A stretch of 62,342 nucleotides of DNA, counting the filler, from Sphacelaria rigidula (lineage: Eukaryota), in the NCBI GenBank assembly GCA_964200075.2. It is 8 parts of 8 records of this genome, joined end to end, with 100 filler letters (N's around TTAATTAATTAA, not from the genome) between each part and the next. Parts side by side here need not be neighbours in the genome. Positions count along the whole stretch, not along the records: positions 31,224 to 38,928 come from CAXNAA020013731.1; positions 39,029 to 46,733 come from CAXNAA020013732.1; positions 46,834 to 54,538 come from CAXNAA020013733.1; 5 more parts are not named here. One strand, 5' to 3'. The notes below the pieces were generated by a model. It worked only from the letters and a program-made list of their open reading frames with translations, did no database searches and was not told the DNA's origin. Position numbers and translations under genes: made by a program. Positions 37,230 through 50,295 of this stretch are shown here, piece after piece. Every line of letters starts with the position of its first letter. The first letter of the stretch is position 1.

Positions 37230-38085
37230 AATCTTCTCACCGTGACCCTACCCATTGTATAGTAGTCAACCTTTGTGAACAAGGAGACAACGCTGGCCGA
37301 GGGAATTATAGAGGGATAACGCTACTCAGCACGGTAAGGAAAGCATTTTGTAAGGTTCTGAAATATAGAATAGGAAGGATGCTAGAAAAGGAAAGAAAAA
37401 ACAGCGAGGGGCAAGCAGGTTTCAGACCAAATCGTAGTGGCGTAGACCATGAGTACACGCCAGGTGATATGATTCAAGGTAGGAAAGACGACGGGCTTTT
37501 TCTTTCTGGACGTACAAAAGGCTATGGCACAGTATGGAGAAATGGGCTGTGAAAAAGTTGTGGGAAACTGGGATCGGAGGAAAGATGCGGATAATGTTGA
37601 ACAAGACAGAATGTGCCAAAAGTGCGATGGTGCTAAACTGGAACATATCAAAATACTTTGATATTTTACAGGAGTTGCACAAGGATCTACGCTATCACTC
37701 TCTTATTCAAGGTACTTTCCATGACCAGATGATGGCAATAGAAGCAGCAAAGTAACGAGTCAAGGTGGCTGTAGATATGGTATCAGGATTGATGTTCGCG
37801 AATTATTTCGTGGGGGTATCAGGAACACCAGAAGGACTACAGACACAGATAGACAAGGCGCTAGAATACACGAGGAAATGAAGAATGACAACGAACATTA
37901 GCAAATGCAAGGTACGCGTCAGTAACGAAGACGAGAAAAACCCGGTAGAGTTCAAATGGAAGTGGGGAGAAGAACAACTGCCGATCGTAGAACAGTATGC
38001 ATACCTTGGTGTAGAGATATAAAAAAACTGTTCTTGGGATGCACACATTAATGAAGCGATGGAAAAGGGTGAGGAACAGGTCGGC
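37230..38085 (+). pseudogene. Non-LTR (LINE) reverse transcriptase fragment
   Basis: NYRGITLLSTV.K, EGQAGFRPNRS, FLDVQKAY..VWRNGL, QG(V)AQG, LMFANYFVG (degenerate FADD), YAYLGVEI. Several frameshifts and stops. Confidence 0.9.
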
Positions 38086-38855
38086 AGTTCTCGAGAGTAC
38101 GAAAAGATGAAGGTTCGGAAGTGTTTGAGGTAATCAACAGTCAAAAGATGCAGTGGTATCCGACAGAAAAAACAGTAATCGACAGAGCAAAACCCGTTCA
38201 ACATTGTGACCGACATTCTGAATATGTCACAACTGGGCGTACTGTACGTACATCGATTTTTTCGACGACCGCATGCATTTCCAGCGCATTGACCTGGGGA
38301 GCGCACGTACAAAATCTCAGGTCAAAGCTCTTCCCGTTGGGCCGCACATGCCACTTTTCTTCGTGAAAGCGGTGCACCCTGTGGTGTACCCAGTATAAGA
38401 GGCTTCCACGAAGGCGGAATATCTCACAAAAAATCCAAGGACATTTATCATCTCTCGAAAAATGATCTTGTTTGAACCTGCCTTTTTCGCCCTTCTTTGT
38501 CGTTTCACGCCCGAAAAGAGGGTGAGACTGATGTTGACACCTTGCGATGACTTGCTTCACTGATCGAAACCGTTCCAGGGCATATTTTCGTTCCCGGAGG
38601 TGACAGTTTTTCCCTTGACCGAAATGTCATTTTCAATAACAAGCGGTTAGGTCCCAAAAAATCAGGGGAAGAAATGCCTTCTTTTTCATCATCTCCGCCG
38701 TAGCCTGACACTGGATTTTACGAATCGAGCATGGGTTTTTTGTCCTGTTTGTCGTCGATCTACAGCAATCGTCGTGTTTGTTTTCTGCAGGCCAAGGTGA
38801 CCTTCATCGCTGCCGAACTACAACCCGCCGGTGATCTTATGAACAATGAAGCAGG

Positions 38856-38928
38856 TGTGTGTGTTGTCGTCCCATTTATTCTGGGCGCCAGTCTACCCTT
38901 TTCGGGATATGTGGGCGCATCAGCCGGG
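38856..38928 (-). mobile_element. 3' end of tRNA-derived SINE, truncated by block end
   Basis: Matches 55709-55801 (cccat.tattctgg.cgccagt...tatgtgggcgcatcagccggg). Confidence 0.8.
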
Positions 38929-39239
38929 NNNNNNNNNNNNNNNNNNNNNNNNNNNNNNNNNNNNNNNNNNNNTTAATTAATTAANNNNNNNNNNNNNNNN
39001 NNNNNNNNNNNNNNNNNNNNNNNNNNNNAAGGATGTCTGACACACTTATGAGCCTCTTTTTTCGTGCAACCAAATACCTCCACCCCTATCGTAGGATGAC
39101 TCAGAGCCCCGAACACCAGTTTTGTCTTTGGACTTTCTGTCGGCTGCAGAAGCAAGTGGTTTGACTACCACTGTGCAACTTCTGCTAACCTACTGTCTCT
39201 GCGACGGTAGTCGGTCTGTTTCGAAAACAGTACCAAACG

Positions 39240-39900
39240 CCACGAGCCACCAAATACTTCCAACAGGTTTTGAGCCTTTGATTCGCGACCACGATGTCCT
39301 TCAGTTAATCGGCCGTCGATTCAAGACTACGACGGTCAGCACGAGTGAGGGGACGTCACGTCAAGGTCGTCTCAGCAGCATCCATCAGAAGACCAAGAAG
39401 TCAAATCCTTCCACAGGACCTGCAGGTGTGAATAGAAAGGTTTACAAATAAAACTTGAGGCAGATGAATACATCGGGAGAGCCATCTGTAACTTAACTCA
39501 TCAAGAGTATAAACAAGTTCGACGGTACGAAATTCGTCGAGTGGACGCGCTTTACGCGCGCGATAATTATTTTTCACTCATCCAGGCATATGTGATATCC
39601 TCAACGGGGTTGTACGCCCCCCGAAAATTTATGATGGAGATTTTTCTGAGGTCGATCACCCACAACCAGCTGTCAGATCGACATCAAGAACAAGCCCCAT
39701 TGCGACCCGTTCCAGAAGCCATCAGCAGCCGCCGGCTCGTTCGCCGTTACCATCGGTGGAGGCAACCGCGGTGGCGTGACTCAGCCCCGTTCATTCGAAA
39801 TCCGCCCAGCGGGGACCGAGCAGGTGACCGTCGGCATGAAGAAAGCACATGCATGCTACAGTCTTCACGGGAAAGACGGCCGCCGGGATCTACGAGGGAG
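39240..39900 (+). pseudogene. Probable Ty1/copia 5' relic: LTR end, PBS-like site, gag N-terminus
   Basis: CAACA followed by GGTTTTGAGCC at 39261-39276 (copia-type GGTTATGxGCC PBS). Downstream IKSINKFDGTKFVEW...HP.I.DILNG..RP, gag-like and frameshifted. Confidence 0.5.
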
Positions 39901-40644
39901 TCCCTCACCCGCTCTTTCGCATGCGTGTTCCAGATCTGGAGTGCGCACCTCCATTCGACCTGAAGGAGGTGGATGCCGCACAGCGAGATAACATACTGCG
40001 ATTTTCCGTGTTGTCGACATTGTGCCAGCGCGATTGTGCACTAAAGCGCTGTACTGCCCTGTGACAGCCCGTCATGGTAACTCCCCTCATGTTTCATGAC
40101 GCTTTATTCGAAAACACGCAGAAGAGATGCCGGCGAGTCTATTGTTGTTGCATTTAAAGATGTGGTGCCATTTTTGTTTTCGATGGAGAGTGATCGCAAG
40201 GGCGATAGACCACCGAATACAAGCATGCTTGATCCTGAAAGAAAAATCCAACACTCTACACGTACGTGAGGTCGAATCGTATCATTGAACTCAATCTCGC
40301 TATTGCTGACGCGGTAGCCTTGCTAGCTTAGCTCAACTGCAAAGTTGCATACAAGATATCCTGTAGCTTACGTGGTCCAAATACTCTGCTAGAGTATCTT
40401 TCATTGACAAGTCATGGCAACACGCCTGCTGTAGCAGTATCCTACCTGAAACGTCATTCACACAGGTAGACTATAAATCAACACAAAGGAGGTCATCTCC
40501 GTGAAAAGGATACTAATGAAACAGTCTTACGTAGTTCAATGTTTCGTTGAAACGCGACAAATTGTACCGCTACATTCTGTTGCGACAACTTCATTCAAAC
40601 AAAATGAATATACATTACATCGTCTGGATTTTCCCGACATTATG

Positions 40645-41643
40645 AACACCTTTCGAACCAACTCTCCTTACTCGTGGTCGCGGCACCTTCACAGTCTGCC
40701 ACCCATGCCCGTAACACGGACCAGCTGCGGCCAGCCAGTGCGCACGGTGTACAAACACGCACGATACACTCGACGGTTGTAGATCGGTAGATACGAGACC
40801 ACGGGGTTTTCGAATATTGGTGGTCAACTACACTCAACCGAGACATGTAGGATATACATCATTAGGCAGTAGGTAGGGGCAGTGGAGCCGTCGAATAGAA
40901 CGGGGGGGGCGGGGAAAACAGACAAGGATAAACACGATCGTATTTCTACAAGCACCAAGTCGACATAAAGCAGGCACACGACATACCTTCGAAAGCAAAC
41001 GTCGACGTACGGACAACAGGAGAGCCGACGGGAACACCTCACACAAAGATATACAACCGGCGTCGATCGAGTTCCCACAAGCAAGCACCAAGCCAGCGCA
41101 AAGCAGGCGCACGAGATACCTCCGAAAGGAAGCGGCGCGCTGATACAGGCTGTCGCTCACGCCAGAGACACACACGTCCACGGTAGCTGTTCGATGTTCT
41201 GTGTCAAGAGTGCTCGGTCGTCTCACCCGTGGTATCTCAACACCTTTCGAACCAACTCTTACTCGTGGTCGCGGCACCTTCACAGTCTGCCACCCATGCC
41301 CATAACACGGACCAGCTGCGGCCAGCCAGTGCGCACAGTGTACATACACGCGCGATACACTCGACGGTTGTAGATCGGTAGATACGAGACCACGGGGTTT
41401 TCGAATATTGGTGGACGAGGACACTCAACCGCAACACGTAGGTTATACACCACAAGGCAGCAGGTAGGGGCAGTGGAGCCGTCGAATAGAACGGGGGGGG
41501 CGGGGAAAACAGACAAGGATAAGCACGATCGTATTTCTACAAGCACCAAGTCGACATGAAGCAGGCACACGATATACCTTCGAAAGCAAACGTCGACGTA
41601 CGGACAACAGGAGGGCGGAAGGGAACACCTCACACGAAGATAT
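40645..41643. repeat. Pair of ~405-bp direct repeats (40645-41052, 41239-41643) separated by ~186 bp
   Basis: Both start aacacctttcgaaccaactc and align at high identity to ...cacac.aagatat. Confidence 0.9.
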
Positions 41644-42789
41644 CTTACAAGTTTCTTGGTCATCGTCCAGTCGATTAGATTTCCATGTGTCATACTGTGT
41701 CATGCCTGGTACCTGCTGGGTCATACTCCATTGTGGTTGGATCGAACCGGCTGCCCTCACATGTCACAGCGTTTTTGACTATGCCTCTCAACTAGCAAAA
41801 GACGAGTTAGCCTGTACGCGAATAATACAAGAGCATCTACGCAATCGCGGACTGCGGTATCACAGGGATCTCTGGTCGTTTTATAATGTAAGCCCGATCT
41901 CCATGCAACACATGTTGTGCTGCAGCCTGCGCGGCTCACGGTATGCCACCTGACTACTGGTGCGGTGGCTGACTTTACACTTGGTAACGTCGAGCTCAAT
42001 GGCTTCGATACTAGTGATTGCGTTTGGGCCCGCTAGCCCCCGGTGCGCACTGAACAGGCACCTTTCCACCTAGTTGGTGAGTACCGAACCATGACATAGT
42101 GTCCAACCCTTGCTTGTGTAGAGTCAACACTGGCATGCTCCGACCACAAACTTTTGGAGGGGAGGGTTTTCTGGCGTGTGGGCCGGATGAGGTAAAATGT
42201 TACTTCTTCTATGTAGAGTAAAATAGTGTGCCTGTTCACAAATTGTAGTTTCAACAGCGTATCTTACCTACAACATCATTTAGCAGGTAGTAGAGAGTGC
42301 TTTTGAATTTCATGACTCAGTGTCACTGGGATGTTTGAAGACCTGTACGGTGAGCGTACTATGAGGGTACGCTGCCTCGGCTCTTCGCACTCTTTCGCTC
42401 TGTCGTCTACTTCCCATTCGTACGTTGAGCATAAGAAGTTGAACATGGGCTATGTAGTTTGTTCTTGTCCCGTGGTACCCTTTGTTCCTCCTTGGTTTTG
42501 CCCCTTTGGTGCTTTGTGCTTCATCTTTCCGCCCGCTGCATAATTATACCGTATTCATGCACAAACAGATCATGGGGTGATCAGAACCAGTATCTCAACA
42601 GTGTCGCGCCCTACGATATGCCGGAGGTAACCAGACGTTCAAAGCGAAATGATCCAGCCGACATAATTCAATGAAAGGCAATATGGTCGAACGAGAATTG
42701 GACGAGTTCAAGGAACCAGGGGGCCTACAATTACGTCGGGGCGTTTCGGGACATCAGGCTCGAGACAGCTGCGGAAGCTATGCAACCGC

Positions 42790-43296
42790 GTCGTTGTTGC
42801 CTGTTGTTGTGTGCTGCTGATCGCCGCTGCCGTGCCGCCGCTGTGTGTTGCTGCTGTTCGCCGCACGGCTGTGCTGTTTTTCGGTGCTGTTTTTCTGTGC
42901 TGTTTTTCGTCGCTGCCGCGCAGCTGCTGTGTGTTGTTTGTTGTTGCTGCTGTGTGTTGTTGTTGTTGTTTCTGTTGTTGTTGTTCGTCGATGCCGTGCC
43001 GCCGCTGTGTGTTGCTGCTGCTCGCCGCACGGCTGTGCTGTTTTTCTGTGCTGTTTTTCGTCGCTGCCGCGCAGCTGCTGTGTGTTGTTGGTTGTTGCTG
43101 CTCTGTGGTGCTGCTGTTGTTGTCGTTGTCGTTGTTCTTGTTCTTGTTCTTGTTCTTGTTCTTGTTCTTGTTGTTGTTGTTGTCTGTTGTCTGTTGTCTA
43201 TTCTCGCTGTTGTCTATTACTACTGTTGCTGCTCTGTGTTGTTGTTCTTGTTGTTGTGGTTGTGGTTGTATGCTGCTGCTGCTGCCATCGTTGCTA

Positions 43297-43334
<38 letters not shown>

Positions 43335-43400
43335 TCCACCGTGCTTTCTGCTACCCTGGTTGGCTGTTGTTGTCCCGCTTGTTGTGTTGTTGTTGCCTCT
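42790..43400. repeat. Compound (TGT/TGC/TTGTTC)n low-complexity tract with internal duplication
   Basis: Trinucleotide and hexanucleotide runs. Block tgccgtgccgccgctgtgtgttgctgctg repeated at ~42827 and ~42992. Confidence 0.9.
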
Positions 43401-45099
43401 ACCGCCTACTGTCGACTGTACTTTTCTCGCTTGCTATCGCATCGCATGCTGTCATGTGCACGCGTATTTTCCGCCCTCATGTTCTTTTTGAAACTTGCTT
43501 CGATCTGATTGAGCTTTTGTTTCGTCATTGTCGCCTGCATTGTAGCACCTTCGCCTGACCTACACCTGTTCATCCATAACATCACCGCTGTACCTAACCA
43601 GCAACGATCATGTTCCAGGCATTCTCCTTGTCATTTCGGTATTTTTGTTGCATATTGAATTGGGACAATCAACCCACCATGATCAGTATGTACTTTGTTT
43701 CCGGGGTTGCATTTTTATTGTGGCCATGGGGATTTGTGGAATGCACATGTAGTGAAGCTTCCATTTTATTTCGATCTTGTTTCTTTTCTTTCATCTTCTA
43801 CACTTACATTGTCTGCATCTCCGGGTGTCGTGTCTACCATAACTGTCTTTCGAGCCCCGCGATTGTATTTTGAGTGCTTTATAGTGTTGCGCCGCCGTCG
43901 TCTTGCTCTTTCGAGCTGCACTATTTTTCATTTCATGTTCTGGAAACTTTGTATCTTATTTTGATTGTCCTATCATTTGCGCCGCCGTCGTCTTGCTCTT
44001 TCGAGCTGCACTATTTTTTATTTCATGTTCTGGTAATTTTGTATTGTGTTTGGCGCTTGTGATGTTTTTCTTTGACCGTGCGGGTGTAGGATATCCGCAG
44101 GGCCTTGTCTGGTGCGCTGCCAGTACTCATCATGCTTGAGCAGGATTCCGCTTGTAATCGTTTCATCTATCTGGTTCGCAAGGCCGAAACGCCGAATTTA
44201 CCGCCCGGCACACGACATTTCGATCTGCTTCACGTGCTATAAAACCGAGCCAGATTTTCACGGACTCCAAGACTTTCAACGCATACTAACCGTGCCCTCT
44301 ATTACTTCCTCCCTTGTTTCACCTACACCCTTGCCTTGGGTGTGTCGCATCCCGATGTGTGAACCGGCGCTGAACGAGATTGCTTTGGGGAGGACACGCA
44401 GGAAACACTAAACGGTTTGCTCACAACGGTATGTTCCGGCGTGGAGTGCCAGCTATCTGGTTTGGTATAGCTAATCCCGCGTACCTTCAATAGGATTCTG
44501 GTGGCAGGGTTATTGCCTTGGTGTCACCAAGCATTATCTCCATTTTTATCCCACTCTGGTGATCGATTGTATGGCTTGCTATTCAACAGATTGACCTCTT
44601 GACGCACCCTGTACCGTAGTTGACTACTACCTTGTCCCTTCCTAACACCGTAGTTGGATGCTACTTTGTTCAGTTGCTGTGAACTTGGCTTTCGATACCA
44701 TGCAACCACAAATATTTCCGTGCAATGTCTTGCCATTACTTATTCAGTACGCAGACTTGGTTTTCCTGCTTTACCTTTTTGCCCTTCATGCCCAGCGTAC
44801 CATGCAAGTCGACTGCGCGACTACATACCTAGTCTTGACAGTTCTTACAGACCCTACATATGGTTTTCAGACATTCATTCCGCTGATATGGTTGCTGAAC
44901 CCCCTTGGGGGGGCGAAGCACGAGTTCCATATTTTTTGCTGGTTGTTGTCTCGCGTGCTCACCATTTTCCACAAAACAACGCGGCGTCCCACCATAAGAA
45001 CGCCGCAAGATCAGAAAAGAAATGCACAAGCTTCTTGACCGAGGTGTAGCTCACCCAACTTTCCCCGGCAAAGTTTGTCGACTACACGATTTTTTGTTT

Positions 45100-45420
45100 G
45101 GTATAATTCGCCGAATTCGCCAAATATATCTTTACTGCAGGTTCTCCCAGGTTCTTGAGTCTGTTGATCGATAATACCGGCATACAACCAGCCCTTTCCA
45201 AACGCAACGCAATTGCTCAGACGTCACGTCCATACAGTCGAAAAACTACGTTCGTTTCTAAACCCACCGGGTACCTTGGACAGTTTGTCCAGGAGTGTAG
45301 CATTCTAGTCGCCCCGCTGATCGATATTCTAAATAAGTAGGAAAGCCAACAGTAGTGCTGCACGGTGTAGGTAAACGCGCGCTCTCCTTTTGCTGTCAAA
45401 CTCATGTGCCGTACAACTGT
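45100..45420 (+). pseudogene. Highly degenerate gypsy RT C-terminal relic
   Basis: TGYLGQFVQECSILVAPLIDIL resembles the GY.R.F...Y...A.PL..L thumb motif. Confidence 0.4.
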
Positions 45421-46109
45421 AGCAAGACGTCACCACCACAATCCAGTTGTCTCATGGTGGCGCAGCCAGGATATGGCATACGAACTAGAGACTCGCCCAA
45501 TGACCATCAATGTACAACTCATGCATGTGAGGTCATGTTTCTTGTCATTTCTGTGCTTTGTTTCCGTGTATTTAGTACAACGTACCTCATTATTATATTT
45601 TTATTTAGCATGCCTTGTCTATTTTATTTTTGCCATTATATTGTCTACAGTTCCACAGGATTCGAGAACCTAGGGGGACGGCTGCTGAAAAGGTTACAAA
45701 ATTGTACAAATCTTGGCCCCAGAGAGAGTACGTGTCACGCACACTCTTGCGTAATCGCACCCTACCCGACGACCCGACGCCATGCTACCGTCTGACACGT
45801 TTCCCTTCGAGCTCTGGGCTGGCCGTAAACATTACACACGTACCACCGCTGTCTCAAAAGCAAGAAATTCCTTCCATATCCGCCCACCCCATCCGAAACA
45901 CTCCATACCCGAAGTGTTTGCGTCCCACCTTCGGGGGGACCAAAGTGGAACGCTACACCCACATTCCATCTGACCCCTGAATTTGTCCCCGTGTTGGATT
46001 GCATCGCCTGTATCTGTCACCATGTTGGATTGTCGAGAACTCTACGTTGTTTCAGGCACTGACGGGTGGGGAAAAGGGAAAGACTTCAAAAGGAGGGGGG
46101 GGAGGCGTA

Positions 46110-46540
46110 CTCATTTGTTTCGAGCATCCAGGTAATGTCCTTAGCTGCTGTAATCTGCACTGTTTCCAACTCCTTCACTAATTTTATTGCATCCGAGTAT
46201 TCTTTTAGCTGCTGCCAGCTGCACTGTTTCCAATTTCTTCAGCAACTTCACCCCTCTGAACGACCTCAAAAGGGCGGGGGGGGGGGGGGCGTCCTCAACT
46301 GTTTCGAGCATCCAAGTAATTCCCCTAGCTGCTGTCATCTGTACTGTTTCCAACTTCCTTACCAACTTCACTTCATCCAAGTATTTCTGAGCTGTTGCAA
46401 TCTGTATTGGTTTCATATTCTTCACTATTTCTATTGCATCCAAGTATTATTTTCCTTGCTGCCATTTGCACCGTTTCCGCATCAAAGTATTCTCTTAGCT
46501 GCGGCCAGCTGCACTGTTTCCAGTTTCTTCATCAACTTCA
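46110..46540. repeat. Degenerate ~60-bp minisatellite
   Basis: Recurrent catc(c)aagta...tagctgctg...ctgcactgtttcca units. Confidence 0.7.
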
Positions 46541-46544
46541 CCCC

Positions 46545-46733
46545 TTGCTTTGCCATGTCTCATGTTTGTATCAGGTCATCAAAGAATACCTCGACTAGAG
46601 AGGGTGATAACGTACATCCTGGTGCGACTCCTTGCAGAATATCAAAATATTTCGATATTTCCCTGTCTTGCATCATCGCACTTTTGGCACATTTATTTCG
46701 TCTTCATCGTGCACACCTTTCCTTTGATCACAG
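46545..46733 (-). pseudogene. LINE RT fragment, same family as 37230-38085
   Basis: Reverse complement aatgtgccaaaagtgcgatg...aaatattttgatattctgcaaggagtcgcacc matches 37611-37690 (ISKYFDILQGVA). Confidence 0.8.
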
Positions 46734-46949
46734 NNNNNNNNNNNNNNNNNNNNNNNNNNNNNNNNNNNNNNNNNNNNTTAATTAATTAANNNNNNNNNNN
46801 NNNNNNNNNNNNNNNNNNNNNNNNNNNNNNNNNCCCTGGTCATCATCCAGGATCCTACATGCTACATTTACTACGCCTTGGTGTATTTTGGCTACAGCAC
46901 CCCCAAAGCGAGTTCAAGAGAAACGAACGAGCTTGAGAACCAACAAAAA

Positions 46950-47600
46950 CCAAGGCGAATTCACATGCTCCAAATCACGAAGAAATGCCATACTCCGACG
47001 CTAGTTCACTCGTCAGCGCCCGAGTCAACCTTAGTTTACGCAATTCCTGCGCAATCAATTCAGGCGCAATAATATTTACTTCCGAAGAGACTTCTACGTA
47101 ATTTCTTCAGTACCGAACCCATCTCAATCGACCAAAACAATAACATGACCATTCCTTCAGAACCATTCGACCAATGAGTATACGCAACATAAAATGGGTG
47201 GTGCACCTCCAGCGCGTCGCTCTGCTGCGCGATTCTTGTACTTGGTTCTCGACGTACGTGGCGGTATCACTAATCCACACACGCCGCACCCCCAAAGTCT
47301 TGCACCATTGCAAAAAATACTTAGCCGTAACCTCGGCAGTGCAAGCCTCAGTTGGTTCCATCCAAACGAAATTCAACAAATCATCCGAGATAACAAACGT
47401 ACAGCAAACCACCAGGCAGTTAGTACCGTCAAGTTCGCTACTTCCGACGTACGAAAATCAAATTGAACAATCTCACCTGGCGCGATACCTTACACAATAT
47501 CGCCAAAAACGTACCACGGGCAAGGATCAGTTTTCATACGTGCATAATGTTCTTATCCTTAAACACACCAAAACTCGGGTGATCTCTGCTCACAGGCAAC
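46950..47600 (-). pseudogene. Integrase core and pol C-terminus, frameshifted
   Basis: PGEIVQFDF, DDLLNFVWMEP, VWISDTATY, WSNGSE. C-terminal APELIAQELRKLRLTRAL...EYGI is homologous to the end of the 6200-6907 frame. Confidence 0.8.
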
Positions 47601-48154
47601 GAGCCTAGGCATTTCGTAATTTCAGCTCAATTTCACGTCATCAGTAGTAGTCACCGTCTCCTACAGTCAATGCGAGCTTCAATCATTTATCATTCAGCAG
47701 TATTGTTTTAACTGCCTCACCCTGTCGGTTATCAGACACTCTGCACATCAGTGCCATTCGAGCGAATATTCCACACATGCATGCAAAGATTCCACTCAGC
47801 ACACGAAAATTCGTACATGCATGCCAATATTTGACTCAGGACCTTCAATGCAACCCGTGTTGCACAAAACATGCATCATGCATGCTATTCAGAGCAGCAC
47901 ACACACGCATACCAAATTCCACGCGTACACCGGCATTTTCCAGCGAACGCAACCCGAGCACACCCGCTCTACTGTCATTCTTCATGCGCGAACGGCAACA
48001 CAAATATGACCCAAAAAGCACACCACAACAATCTTTAATCGTCAGAAAACGATTCGGAAATACCAGTCATCATGTGTGTCTTCATGCTCAACAAGCACCC
48101 TCACGGGTACTTGCTCCTCGACAATAGTCAGTCCGGAGCTCACCACTATATCAC

Positions 48155-49243
48155 TCATCTCAGTTGACCCCCGCTTTGTAGGCTTCCAGCTCGCTCCTGC
48201 GAAGTAGCAGCACTGGAACCACCACCTTCTGCACACCATAGAACAACAATTCCTCTCGTACGGTAGCTCTTAGCAGCCACCTCTAGCACCCCCATGGTGA
48301 ATCTCAACATGCCGCCAAGCAGCATATCCTCACTGCCGAACCAATGCGACAAATACTCTGCCTCCATAGAAGCTTGCGCATCGACGACTTCTCCTGTTTC
48401 AGTCGTTTTTTTAGGCGAAGCGAGAGGTGGAACGGGAACAGCCATACAGTCCCGCAGAGCAACAGCTCTCGAGGTCATTACACCATCCTCATTAAGCACC
48501 TGACTTGACATCATATGAGCAATATCACGCATCATTCGCTTGCATTTACGATGGGACAACGGCGAATTGACCATTCGAAATCTACAATCCATCAACGCCT
48601 TATTAAACGCTCTCACCGCACAATTCTTCACATGCCATCCCGTACCGCCGACCCATACCTCCGACGACCCCATCGCTTTTGCTTTGAACCATGTCAGAAA
48701 ATGCTCCACCTTCTTCGCCTCCACACTAGACTTTGCGGGCTCCAACCACACGAAGTTGCTCACACCGTCTTTGATCACCAAATTATCTTGGATCGGATCG
48801 CCGTCGTCCAACCCACCATTTTCCAGCTGATCACTCGCTCCATCGCCGAGGAAATTGAATTTCATCACCTCCTCCGGGCGAATACCCTGCACCTTATCCC
48901 CACCATGCACCATATCCTCGTGGGGATGGGGAATGTGCGCCCCCACCTCGGATTCGCTCACCCCTCGCGAACAGAAGTTTTCCGGCATTTCCATCGCCGC
49001 TCTCTCCAAGCTTGACTGCAAACTGCAGTATAGTAACCCAAACGCCACCAAAACTGAAATGCACGAAGCTAGCCACCCGGCCTTCACCGGATCGTTGCAA
49101 TTCTGCGGGGCCTTCGCAGCCGTCGCTTGTGACTGTGGCTGCACCCTCATAGGCGGTACGGCTCCACTCTCAGGCGCTTCCTCTTCCTTTCCACCAGTAT
49201 CCTTCTTGCTCTCACTTTGAAACGACCACTCAGGGACGATCAC
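48155..49243 (-). CDS. Open 362-aa frame fusing RT N-terminus to a diverged, catalytically dead integrase-like core
   Basis: PPMRVQ...DPVKAGWLASC (RT start), then HIPHPHEDMVHG...MKFNF...DGVSNFVWLEP...VWVGGTGWHVKN...SHRKCKRMM, colinear with the integrase at 5500-5910. Expression unknown. Confidence 0.55.
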   Translation of the reverse strand: MIVPEWSFQSESKKDTGGKEEEAPESGAVPPMRVQPQSQATAAKAPQNCNDPVKAGWLASCISVLVAFGLLYCSLQSSLERAAMEMPENFCSRGVSESEVGAHIPHPHEDMVHGGDKVQGIRPEEVMKFNFLGDGASDQLENGGLDDGDPIQDNLVIKDGVSNFVWLEPAKSSVEAKKVEHFLTWFKAKAMGSSEVWVGGTGWHVKNCAVRAFNKALMDCRFRMVNSPLSHRKCKRMMRDIAHMMSSQVLNEDGVMTSRAVALRDCMAVPVPPLASPKKTTETGEVVDAQASMEAEYLSHWFGSEDMLLGGMLRFTMGVLEVAAKSYRTRGIVVLWCAEGGGSSAATSQERAGSLQSGGQLR

Positions 49244-50295
49244 CCCCGCCTAGCCGGAAGATAACTAGGGCTGTTCATGCCGGTCTGCACCGGCACAGCA
49301 CGCGGGTGTAACTTTTCCAAAGCCAGCGGATACAAATCTACCCTGAATTCCTTCATGGTCGCCATGCCAAACAACACTACGTCATCGTTGCCAGGCATGA
49401 CCGTGAAAGTGGTTGGCGACATCTCCACAGCGCCCCACGGCGTTCGCACGCTTACTGCAATAGGCACTGTTTTATGAGAAACAGTCACGGGCGCACCCGT
49501 GGCGCTCTATGCCATTTGCGGTCCATTTTCAAATGGTCGCTGTAGCTGGGCGCATCCAAACTGTGAAGACATCTGTTGCAGCAACCCCACACTTTTTGAT
49601 GTGAGTGCTGATCCAGAGTCGAGAAAAACGCGAGCCATAAATGAACCAAAATAACCGGGTATAGATAGATCAGCGCGCAGGCATTCTGCGCTGCGGTCGA
49701 CAGGCACCACACCTGCCGAAGAAAAACTCTGGTTAGTACCTAGAGTCACTTGACGTCAAGGCAGCGCTCCAGCACTTGAAATCGATGCTTTTTCATCCGT
49801 CGCAACAGTGAAAGATACACCCGACACGAATCCTGCCAGCCCTATGGGTTGCGAGCCTTCCGCTCCAGCACTCCCCACCAAAGTATTTCCTCCTCCCACA
49901 TATGTTAGCCGCGCCGACACAGACGAAGCTGGAGATCTAGCGTCATCACTTGAAAACGCACTTTGGGACACAATGGCGGAGGAGTTACTATTCTCCGTCG
50001 CTTGGTTTCGTTTTTGGCGCCTGCCTCTGCACCCGTATCTCTGGTTGCTTCGACCTTGTCCGCCGTAACGACCGCTTCGAGATCTTGACCCATCTCTCGC
50101 ATTTCCTTGCGCGGCGCCTTCAGCGCGAGGCTTGGGGCAACTTCTTAAAATATGCCCATGGTCTCCACAATTGTAACACGAGCGAATGAACAACGCTCGC
50201 GAAGTCGGCAGCTGTTCTTGTTGCTTGCGCTCGCCATACTTTGACGTTTCTAACGGTTTATTCCAAACCAGCGGCATTGTTGGCGATTGAGCCAT
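49240..50295 (-). pseudogene. gag zinc knuckle and protease remnants
   Basis: CYNCGDHGHILRSC, VFLDSGS and RTPWGAVEM...FTVMPGNDDVVLFG in three short frames. Confidence 0.8.

Noticed and set aside
42780-43558. Cys/Leu/Val-rich 226-242 aa ORFs in three frames
   Set aside because: Stop-free because of (TGT/TGC)n microsatellites. No domain signal.
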